Positions 44,898-53,048 of a DNA stretch of 64,000 nt are shown one piece after another; positions within the stretch are counted from its first letter, which is position 1; each line of letters begins with the position of its first letter. Origin of the DNA: Chloroflexota bacterium (GTDB lineage: Bacteria > Chloroflexota > Dehalococcoidia > Bin125); NCBI GenBank assembly GCA_026705025.1, contig JAPPBN010000030.1, forward strand, positions 12,822 through 76,821, in the 5' to 3' direction. The notes below the pieces were generated by a model that was not told where the DNA came from, searched no databases, and saw nothing but the letters and a program-made list of their open reading frames with translations. The position numbers and the translations under genes were made by a program.

Positions 44898-46316
44898 CTA
44901 ATCCTTTTGACCCGACATCAGGGCGACGGGGCGCAGCGTTGGTGGAGGCGGCATCGTTGGTGCGGCGGCGCCGTTAGCGCCGTTGGTTGACGCGGCGGCT
45001 CGAGCGGGCGCGGGGAGCGCCGACGGCAGTATGGGATGGTCGTCCTTGCGGATGGCGAGCCAGCCGAAGGTTCCGAGGACGGCGACGACGAAGGCGGCGA
45101 GGCCCATCATGCCGAATACTTCCCGCTCGCCGATGGCGTCGGCGAGCACTCCTGCCGGGCCGGCGAAGACCATCTGCACGCCCCAGGCCATCATCGTGAA
45201 GGCCATCACCCGACCGTAGTAGGCCGACTCGGTGTTCATCATGATCCGCGCCTGGAGGATCATCACCGGCCCTTGCAGGCCGGGACCCAGGATGGCCATG
45301 CCGATCATCGCCTGACCGAAGGTCTGCGAGGCGGCCAGGACGAAGTAACCAACTCCCAGCGACGCCACCAGCAGCAGGGTGGTCGGCCAGGCCCAGCGGG
45401 TCGTGGCCAGGCCGGCGACGACAAATGAGATGATCGCCGCCGCGATCCCGTTGACCAGGAAGAGCTGTCCCATGTCGGTGGTGGGACGATCGAGGTGCTG
45501 GTCAAGGAAGGCCGGCGTCAGGATGCGGAAGAGGAAGCCGATCACGACAGTGCTGACGAACATCAGCAGCATCAAGCGCAGAGCCGGCCGCCGCCAGACG
45601 TAGCGACCGCCGTCGACGATGTCGGCGATGACGCCCCGTCGTTGGGCGGGCTGCTGGGCGCCCGTCGCCGTTGCCTCTGGAGCGCCCGGGTCGCCCTGGC
45701 GACGGCGATTCGGCATAACGGCCACGGTGAACACGCCGACCGCAACCAACGCGCCCATCACCAGATACGTGCCGCCTGATCCTGCCGCAGACTCCAACAG
45801 CAGGGCCGCGATGAACGGCGAGAAGGGCTGTCCAATCGTGTGCGATAGCTGGCTCAGCACGATCGCGTTGCCGATCAGGTGCGGGCCAACCAGGTCGGCG
45901 GTGAAGGCGTTGCGCGCCGGCCCCATCACCACGAAGGTGAAGCCGAGCCCCAACATCAGCACGAACATCAGCGGCAGCGTCATCTGACCCAGCAGGAGTA
46001 GCACGCCGGTGAGCGCCAGCATCGCTGCGCCGCCGCCCTGGCCGATGACGATCACCCACTTGCGGTTCATGCGGTCGGCAATCACGCCGCCGAATGGCGC
46101 AAGCAGCATTGCCAGGCCGACGCCAGTCCCGATCACTCCGACCGCGGTATTCGTCCCTGACAGGTCGTAGGAGACGACGGACATCGCCAGGAACATCATC
46201 ATGTAGGCGAATGTGGCGAACAGCGTGCCGATAAAGAGCACGCGGAAGTGGCCGTCGTTCAGAGCGGCGAACGTGTTCCGCCGCCATGCGCCGAATGCGT
46301 CGATACTTCGCGCCAT
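44898..46316 (-). CDS. MFS transporter (inverted paralog of 31404-32783)
   Basis: 472 aa. Same N-terminus (RRNTFAALNDGHFRVLFIGTLFATFAYMMMFLAMSVVSYDL) and tail (PPPPTLRPVALMSGQK) as the other copy. Confidence 0.85.
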   Translation of the reverse strand: MARSIDAFGAWRRNTFAALNDGHFRVLFIGTLFATFAYMMMFLAMSVVSYDLSGTNTAVGVIGTGVGLAMLLAPFGGVIADRMNRKWVIVIGQGGGAAMLALTGVLLLLGQMTLPLMFVLMLGLGFTFVVMGPARNAFTADLVGPHLIGNAIVLSQLSHTIGQPFSPFIAALLLESAAGSGGTYLVMGALVAVGVFTVAVMPNRRRQGDPGAPEATATGAQQPAQRRGVIADIVDGGRYVWRRPALRLMLLMFVSTVVIGFLFRILTPAFLDQHLDRPTTDMGQLFLVNGIAAAIISFVVAGLATTRWAWPTTLLLVASLGVGYFVLAASQTFGQAMIGMAILGPGLQGPVMILQARIMMNTESAYYGRVMAFTMMAWGVQMVFAGPAGVLADAIGEREVFGMMGLAAFVVAVLGTFGWLAIRKDDHPILPSALPAPARAAASTNGANGAAAPTMPPPPTLRPVALMSGQKD

Positions 46317-46434
46317 GCGAACAGTTTAGATTCGCCAGAGATTGACTCTCGGGCTCAATCCCGGCCACGGCGGTGAAGTGTGTTGGAGTGATCCAGCGGC
46401 TGGCGCGCAGCCGAACGCGAGATACGCTGACTCG

Positions 46435-47022
46435 ATGAACACCGCGGGGATCAACCTGCAGCGCTGGCTCATCATCGCGATTGTGGGTGGCATCGTCGCC
46501 GCCGGGATCTGGGCGTTCAGCGCCGATAAGCCGGCGCGCGTCAGCCAGGTTGAGATTGCGATTCGCCATATCGACGAGCAGCGCGCCGAGTTGGGTGTCC
46601 GCGAAACAGACCACGAGGGCCGTGAGTACTTTTACGAGGCTGACGGTCCGGACCTGGACCTGTCACTGGTCGATCGCCCGCGTTCTCTGTATAGCGAGGC
46701 GATTGTGCTGTCGAACGACAAACACAACGCGCCGAGCAAGGTGCGAATCACGATGCGCAGCCTGTCGGACAGCGAGGTCAAGCTGGGGCTGCGCTCAATC
46801 AGGTCGAGCGGGGCGTGGGATAGCACGCGGTTCCCTCGTGATGAGCCGATCACGATGTCGGAGCTGCGAAGCCAGGAGTGGACCTACCTGAGTTCGTTGC
46901 CGGTGCGAGTGCTGTACCACCAGCCGCTAGTCGACGGTGTCCGGCTGTTGCTGTATATCGCCGCCGCGTTCGGAGTCCTGTTCGCGCTCATCTGGATCGT
47001 CTGGAGACGCTGGCTGAGCTGA
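46435..47022 (+). CDS. hypothetical membrane protein
   Basis: 195 aa from ATG 46435, with N- and C-terminal TM segments. No family recognised. Confidence 0.45.
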   Translation: MNTAGINLQRWLIIAIVGGIVAAGIWAFSADKPARVSQVEIAIRHIDEQRAELGVRETDHEGREYFYEADGPDLDLSLVDRPRSLYSEAIVLSNDKHNAPSKVRITMRSLSDSEVKLGLRSIRSSGAWDSTRFPRDEPITMSELRSQEWTYLSSLPVRVLYHQPLVDGVRLLLYIAAAFGVLFALIWIVWRRWLS

Positions 47023-47844
47023 TCAGTCTCCGCCGCCGACCTGGTAGATCGTCCGATGGCGCAGGCGGGCCAGGTCTTCGCCAGATTCGCTGCTGATCGT
47101 CACGTCGAGCAGGCAGTACTCGTGCAGCTTGCGGCGGTAGCCGTCGGTCATGTGTCCGGAGACGACCAGGGTCTGTCCAGCCTTGACTGGTCCGAGCATC
47201 TGGATCTGGCTGCCGGCGTGGATTCCGGCTCGGTAGGTGTACGTGTGACGGATCAGCCGCGTACAGCGTCCGGCGATCCAGCCGGGATGTAACCGAGCAT
47301 CGTCCTCACGCCAGCGCCGATGCGGATCACGCGCGAACTGGTCGGCGTACTCGGCCGCGTCCTCGATTGACATCGGCACGGCCATCGGCGGCATGTCCTC
47401 GCCGACCGGCAGGTTTTCGTTGGTCAACAGCGTCAGAGGATCGGCCGGCGGCACGACGACGCGATTTTGCGCCACGGCGAGATCGCCGTAGAACTGGGCC
47501 TCGCCCATGCCGGCCGTACCGGCGATGCAGACCTCTCCGGATTCCTTTGACATGCTGAACTCAACGCCGTCGTCGGTCGGAGTCACGCGGGTTGTGATCT
47601 CGTCGCCGGGATAGACCGGGCGGCGCAGGCGGAAATCGATCCAACCGGAATCCAGCCAGCGTTCGCCGAGGGCTTCGATCAGGGCAGGGACAGCCCAGGA
47701 GTAGACGGTGACGCCGCCGACCAGGGCGCCGGAGAAGCCAAACGTTGCCGCGCCTTCGGTCGAGTGGATGATGTTGTCGATCTCGAGTGAATCCTCACCG
47801 TCGAGGAAGGCGGTGATTGAACGCTCGATGGTCTGGGTCGTCAT
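47023..47844 (-). CDS. MaoC-like/hotdog-fold dehydratase candidate (two-lobed)
   Basis: 273 aa. IHSTEGAATFGFSGALVGG...RRPVYPGDEI pattern in the N-half and a second hotdog-like half. Tandem paralog follows. Confidence 0.5.
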   Translation of the reverse strand: MTTQTIERSITAFLDGEDSLEIDNIIHSTEGAATFGFSGALVGGVTVYSWAVPALIEALGERWLDSGWIDFRLRRPVYPGDEITTRVTPTDDGVEFSMSKESGEVCIAGTAGMGEAQFYGDLAVAQNRVVVPPADPLTLLTNENLPVGEDMPPMAVPMSIEDAAEYADQFARDPHRRWREDDARLHPGWIAGRCTRLIRHTYTYRAGIHAGSQIQMLGPVKAGQTLVVSGHMTDGYRRKLHEYCLLDVTISSESGEDLARLRHRTIYQVGGGD

Positions 47845-47854
47845 GATCAGCTCC

Positions 47855-48670
47855 TTAGCGTGCTCCGACCTGGTAGATCGTTGGTTGACGCATCACCACC
47901 AGGTCGCGGCCGTCCTCCGAGGTGATGGTGAGGTCGATCACTGCGTATTCGTGGCCCTTGCGTTCGTAGCCGGATTCAAGCCGACCGCTGACCAGCAGTT
48001 GCTGGTCGGCATGCACGGGGGCGAGGTGCTGAATCTGACTCGAAGCATGGATTGCGGTGTAGCGCCAGGTGTGGGCCAGCAGTGCATTCGCCCGCTGCGC
48101 GATCCATCCCGGGTGGACTCGGCCTCCAGCGCCGCGCCAGCGCGGATCCGGGTCATTGGCTTTCTCGTCGGCGTATGTCTCGGCATCGACATGGCTGAGG
48201 TCAATCGCCATCGCCGGTAGGTCCTCACCCAGAGGCGCCAGGGCTCGAGTGATGAACAGCCGCTCCTCGGGCTGGGGGACCGGCGTACGATCGGCGGCCG
48301 TCGAGATTTCGGTCAGGAAGCCCGCAACGCCGAGTCCGGCCGTGCCTCGAACCGCCACATCGCCGGTGTGCTTCGTCATCGTGAATTCAACGTCACCGCC
48401 GTTGGCAGTCACGCGAGTCGTGATCACCTCATCCGGATAGACCGGCTTGCGAAGCTGGAACTCCACCCAGCCCTCGTCCAGCCAGGCGTCGCCCAGGGCC
48501 TCAACCAGCGCGCCGGCCGACCACGAGTACACAGTCGTCCCTCCGACCAGCGCGCCGCTGTAGCCATAGCGCGCCGCGCCCGCGGTCGAGTGGATGATGT
48601 TGTTGATCTCCAGCGAGTCGTCCCCGTCGAGGAAAGCGGTGATGGTTCGTTCAACGATTGCAGTGGTCAT
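47855..48670 (-). CDS. MaoC-like/hotdog-fold dehydratase candidate (two-lobed)
   Basis: 271 aa, colinear paralog of 47023-47844. Confidence 0.5.
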   Translation of the reverse strand: MTTAIVERTITAFLDGDDSLEINNIIHSTAGAARYGYSGALVGGTTVYSWSAGALVEALGDAWLDEGWVEFQLRKPVYPDEVITTRVTANGGDVEFTMTKHTGDVAVRGTAGLGVAGFLTEISTAADRTPVPQPEERLFITRALAPLGEDLPAMAIDLSHVDAETYADEKANDPDPRWRGAGGRVHPGWIAQRANALLAHTWRYTAIHASSQIQHLAPVHADQQLLVSGRLESGYERKGHEYAVIDLTITSEDGRDLVVMRQPTIYQVGAR

Positions 48671-48688
48671 AGGTGTCTTCCTCCGAGT

Positions 48689-49333
48689 TCATTCAACGTT
48701 GGCCTCGTCGGCCAGACGCCAGATTTCGGCGCAATCGACCTTGAGGCCCACGAGGACGTCTTCGCCGTCAAGCGTTGCTGGACGCTCCAGCAGCTGGGGT
48801 TCCTGAGCAGGGCGGAAGATCCAGACGTTGCAGGCATCGAGGTCGACGAGCCAGCCGAGGCGTACGCCGTAGTGCATCCAGATTTCCATCTTGGTTTGCT
48901 GGTCACGGAGCCGGTCACTGGGGGAGCGGATCTCGACGACGAAGTCGGGGTTGAACGACATCGCGCCTTTGACGTCCTCGCGCATCGCTGTGGCCAGCCG
49001 CTCCGGGCTCACCCATGAGACATCGTGTTCCAGCAGCCGGGTTTGGCCGTTCGCATCGGTCATTCTGTAGCCAGCGCTGGAATCGCGGTTACGACCCCCG
49101 CCGCCACCGATGCGCCAGTTTCCAACCTGTCGCCCAAATTCTGCTCCGACGTCCGAGCTTTCATCACCGGCATGCACGTTGATCACCAACTCCCCGTCGT
49201 CGAGTTCGAACTTCCAGCCCGGGTTTTCGTCGCTGATGCGCTCGAGTTCTTCGTCGCTGATCGCTTCGAGGCCGCAGCCGATGCGGATCAGGCCGGGCAA
49301 GGGTGGTGCGTCGACAGGAGCGGTGGTGGCCAT
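48689..49333 (-). CDS. Uma2-family (DUF820) endonuclease-like protein
   Basis: From ATG 49333. PDFVVEIRSPSD and the WLVDLD-type C-terminus typical of Uma2. Confidence 0.7.
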   Translation of the reverse strand: MATTAPVDAPPLPGLIRIGCGLEAISDEELERISDENPGWKFELDDGELVINVHAGDESSDVGAEFGRQVGNWRIGGGGGRNRDSSAGYRMTDANGQTRLLEHDVSWVSPERLATAMREDVKGAMSFNPDFVVEIRSPSDRLRDQQTKMEIWMHYGVRLGWLVDLDACNVWIFRPAQEPQLLERPATLDGEDVLVGLKVDCAEIWRLADEANVE

Positions 49334-49376
49334 GCCATCTCCATTGCTTGCCGAGATCGTAGCAAGGCGAAGACCG

Positions 49377-50561
49377 CTAGATGACGCCATCTACGGCGAG
49401 CTGTTCCAGTACATCATCGCTGATCCCGAGCATGCCGCCGTAGATTTCGCGGTTGTGCTCTCCCAGCGTCGGCGCCCGATGCTTGACGGCTCCCGGCGTC
49501 CGTGACAGACGCGGCACGATGCCCGGTTGAGGGAGTTCGCCGTGTTGCTCGGATGGGACATCCACAATCTGGTCGCGGGCCGCGTAGTGCTCGTCGTCCA
49601 TGATGTCTGAGGTGGTGTAGACCTTGGTGGCGGGGACGCCATGCTTGTCGAGCAAGTGTTGGGCTTGCTCGAGCGTGAGACTGGCGATCCATTCGCCGAC
49701 AATCTCGTGGATTGCTTCGTAGTGTTGGCGTCGATCTCGATGGACCTCAAAGCGCGGGTCCAGGAGCAGCTCAGGCTGTTCCATGGCGGCGACGAGACGC
49801 TCGAAGGTGCCCTGCGTGGTCGCGTTGATGATCAGATGGTGGCCGTCTGCGGTCTCCCACTGTTCGGCCGGCACGACGCCGGGCCAGTAGTTTCCCGATC
49901 GTTCGCGGTTCCGCCCGGTCATCTGGAACTGCGACGCATGCGTGCCCGACTGCTTCCAGATCGCCTCGTAGAGCGCTACGTCGACATCCTGGCCGATTCC
50001 CCCGTTCACGTCGCGAGCGCGGAGGGCCATCATCGTGCCCATCGCGGCGAAGACGCCGGCGGAGTAGTCGGCGACCATGTAGCCGGGACGCACGGGCGGA
50101 CCATCGGCCCAGCCGGTCTGGTAGGTCATGCCGGCGAAGCCCAGCGCGACCCGGTCGAAACCGGCCCGCTCCCGGTAGGGACCGGTCTGTCCGTAACCCG
50201 ATACCCGCGTCACGATCAGGCCCGGATTGCGCTCTCGCAGCGAGTCGGGCGCGAGGTCCATCTTCTCCAGCGTGCCCGGTCGGAAGTTCTCGATCAGGAC
50301 ATCGGTCTGCGAGCACAGGCTGCGGAACAGATCTTTGCCGCGAGGATCGGCCAGATTGCAGGTCACACCTCGCTGCGAGCGGTTCTCCTGCACATATGAG
50401 ATCGTCCCGTGGTTCGTCTCGCCGGTGCCGGGCCGTTCCAGCTTGATCACGTCAGCGCCAAACTCGGCGAGGATCGTGGCGCAGTGCGGCGCAGCGAGGA
50501 TCTGCCCGGCGTTGATCACAGTGATGCCGTCAAGTGGAGGTCGGAGATTGTTGGTAGTCAT
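49377..50561 (-). CDS. family III CoA-transferase
   Basis: 394 aa from ATG 50561. ITVINAGQILAAPHCATILAEFGADVIKLERP...APTLGEHNREIY. Confidence 0.85.
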   Translation of the reverse strand: MTTNNLRPPLDGITVINAGQILAAPHCATILAEFGADVIKLERPGTGETNHGTISYVQENRSQRGVTCNLADPRGKDLFRSLCSQTDVLIENFRPGTLEKMDLAPDSLRERNPGLIVTRVSGYGQTGPYRERAGFDRVALGFAGMTYQTGWADGPPVRPGYMVADYSAGVFAAMGTMMALRARDVNGGIGQDVDVALYEAIWKQSGTHASQFQMTGRNRERSGNYWPGVVPAEQWETADGHHLIINATTQGTFERLVAAMEQPELLLDPRFEVHRDRRQHYEAIHEIVGEWIASLTLEQAQHLLDKHGVPATKVYTTSDIMDDEHYAARDQIVDVPSEQHGELPQPGIVPRLSRTPGAVKHRAPTLGEHNREIYGGMLGISDDVLEQLAVDGVI

Positions 50562-50799
50562 GGAAGCGAGGATACGAGCAGGTCCACCATCGTCATACCC
50601 GCGCTTGCCGCGGGTATCTCGCCGGGTCCAACATGAACCCTGGTGCCGGGAACAGCGAGATTGCCGCGGCAAGCGCGGCAATGACGAACCCATGACGTAG
50701 CTGTTGAGTTCATGCGGCCGAACGAGATGGGAAGCAGGCGCGGAGGACGTACGATTCGAACAACGGACCGATCAGACGAACATTGAAGAAGCGCGCACC

Positions 50800-52470
50800 A
50801 TGACCTACGACTTCGACCTCGGCGCCTACAGCCGAACGATCACGACCTCCTCGCCCGAGGCGCAGACCTGGTTCGACCGCGGACTGATCTGGACCTACGG
50901 CTTCAACCACGACGAAGCCGTCCACTGCTTCCGACAGGCGGTCGCAGCCGACCCGGATTGCGCCATGGCTCACTGGGGCATCGCCTATGCGATCGGGCCC
51001 AACTACAACAAGCCGTGGGAGGCGTTCGGCCGGAAGGAAGTCGCCCAGGCGCTGACGACGGCCTACGAGGAAGCCAACCTTGCGGTGTCACTGTCCGACG
51101 AATGCACACCGGCGGAGCGCGACTTGGTTGCGGCGCTGCGCCACCGATATCCGCAGACGGAGCCGTTGGACGACATGATGGGCTGGGTCGACGACTACGC
51201 CGACGCCATGCGCGAGGTCTACCGCAACCACTCCGAAGACTCCGATATCGGCTCGCTGTTTGCAGAGGCGATGATGAATCGGACTCCCTGGTCGCTGTGG
51301 AATCTGGAGTCGGGCGAACCGGCGGACGGCGCCGACACGGTCGAGGCGCGCGAGGTGCTGGAGGGTGCCATGGCGCGCATCGCTCATTGCGGCGAGCCGC
51401 GGCATCCAGGCATCCTGCACATGTACATCCACCTGATGGAGATGTCGCCCTTCCCCGAGCTGGCCCTGCGGGCGGCCGACCAGTTGCGCGGGATCGCTCC
51501 CCACTCCGGACACCTGCAGCACATGGCGACGCACATCGACGTGCTCTGCGGTGACTACCTGAACGTCGTCAACTGGAACGAGCGGGCAATCCAGGCCGAC
51601 CGACCGTACGTGGAAGCGCGCGGGCCGTTCAACTTCTACACGATGTACCGGGCCCACAACTATCACTTCAAAATCTACGGCGCGATGTTCCTCGGCCAGT
51701 TCGAGCCGGCGTTAGAGACCGCGCGGGCGATGCAGGGCGAGATTCCCGAGGAGCTTCTGCGGATGGAGACGCCCAACATGGCCGACTGGCTGGAGGCGTT
51801 TGTGCCGATCGATCAGCACGTGCTGGTCCGGTTCGGCAAGTGGGAAGAGATCCTCGAACAGCCGCTGCCGGAGGACCGCGAGCTCTACTGCGTCACCACT
51901 GCGACGATGCGCTACGCGCGGGCGATCGCCCTGGCCACGCTGGGCCGGACCGACGAGGCGGTGGCCGAGGCGAAGGAGTTCGATCGCGCCTTCGAATTGG
52001 TGCCCGACACCCGCTACCAGTTCAACAATCCCAGCCGCGACATCCTCGCCATCGCGCAGGAGATGATGCGCGGGGAGATCGCCTATCGGCAGGGCCAGTT
52101 CGACGCCGCCTTCACGCACCTGCGCCACGCGGTCGAGCTCGACGACCACCTGCACTACGACGAGCCCTGGGGCTGGATGCAGCCCGTCCGCCACGCGCTC
52201 GGAGCGCTGCTGCTGGAGCAGGACCAAGTGTCGGAGGCGCTCGACGTGTACCGCGCCGATCTGGGCTACGACTCATCGGTCAGCCGTCCCCGCCAGCACC
52301 TGGACAACGTCTGGGCGCTGGCAGGCTACGTGGAGTGCCTGGAGCGCACCGGCCAGGACGACCTCGCCGCCGTCGCCCGCCAACGCCTCCACCTCGCCCA
52401 GGCCCGAGCCGACACCGAAGTCCAGTCCTCCTGCTTCTGCCGCCTCGACCTCGGCGAGTGCTGCGAGTAG
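50800..52470 (+). CDS. TPR-like helical repeat protein
   Basis: 556 aa from ATG 50800. AQTWFDRGLIWTYGFNHDEAVHCFRQAVAADPDCAMAHWGIAY and further TPR-like helices. Confidence 0.65.
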   Translation: MTYDFDLGAYSRTITTSSPEAQTWFDRGLIWTYGFNHDEAVHCFRQAVAADPDCAMAHWGIAYAIGPNYNKPWEAFGRKEVAQALTTAYEEANLAVSLSDECTPAERDLVAALRHRYPQTEPLDDMMGWVDDYADAMREVYRNHSEDSDIGSLFAEAMMNRTPWSLWNLESGEPADGADTVEAREVLEGAMARIAHCGEPRHPGILHMYIHLMEMSPFPELALRAADQLRGIAPHSGHLQHMATHIDVLCGDYLNVVNWNERAIQADRPYVEARGPFNFYTMYRAHNYHFKIYGAMFLGQFEPALETARAMQGEIPEELLRMETPNMADWLEAFVPIDQHVLVRFGKWEEILEQPLPEDRELYCVTTATMRYARAIALATLGRTDEAVAEAKEFDRAFELVPDTRYQFNNPSRDILAIAQEMMRGEIAYRQGQFDAAFTHLRHAVELDDHLHYDEPWGWMQPVRHALGALLLEQDQVSEALDVYRADLGYDSSVSRPRQHLDNVWALAGYVECLERTGQDDLAAVARQRLHLAQARADTEVQSSCFCRLDLGECCE

Positions 52471-52572
52471 TTGCCCATCGGAGTTCGCAGGAGACGATCT
52501 GACCTGCCTGGGCGGTGATTTTGGGCTAGTTTTGCTCAATTTCGTGTGCTGGACAGGGAATTTTGGCCGTTT

Positions 52573-52610
52573 GAGTCCAGATTTGTCCAGAAGAGTCCAG
52601 ACCAGTCCGG
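52573..52610. repeat. 10-bp phased GTCCAG repeats
   Basis: gagtccagat ttgtccagaa gagtccagac cagtccgg. Reverse orientation of the array at 36636-36675. Confidence 0.75.
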
Positions 52611-52718
52611 GTGTCGTGAGTGTGAGTGCGGGCCGATCCGGGTGAGTGCGGGAATGTCGGGGGTGGGGTCTAGGGGGTGGTCGGAGCATCGGAGCTCGGC
52701 ACTCTGGGGTTGAGTCGT

Positions 52719-52893
52719 TCAGATGTTCTCATTGTATGCGGAGTCGGGGATGACGGGGTCGGTGGCCCCGGCGTCGAGGGCGGGGAACTGGTGGCGGATG
52801 TATGAAGTGTCGTCTTCGGAGAGGTCGTAGACGGGGAAGAACAGGGCATCGAGGCGGGTGCGGAGCTTGCGGCGCCCGGGTAGATCGCAGTAA
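52719..52893 (-). pseudogene. C-terminal remnant of a larger gene (possibly a DNA methyltransferase/restriction-type C-terminus)
   Basis: Startless open frame reading ...YCDLPGRRKLRTRLDALFFPVYDLSEDDTSYIRHQFPALDAG...NENI* with stop at 52719-52721. The LDA..h..YxLSxEE..YI...FP pattern resembles C-termini of type IIG/BREX-type methyltransferases as I recall them. A G9 run lies just upstream at 52895-52903. Confidence 0.3.
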
Positions 52894-53048
52894 AGGGGGG
52901 GGGCGACAGACGTTTGTCGTGCACATTTGGTCAGGGGTTGGTCATTGGGTTAGGGCCTAGAGAGTGCTTAGGAGTGGGTGGCGTGGATAGCGAGAACGCG
53001 ATAGCATGCGTCAGCCGAAATTTTCGCTTTTGTGAACTGAGGGTAGAA

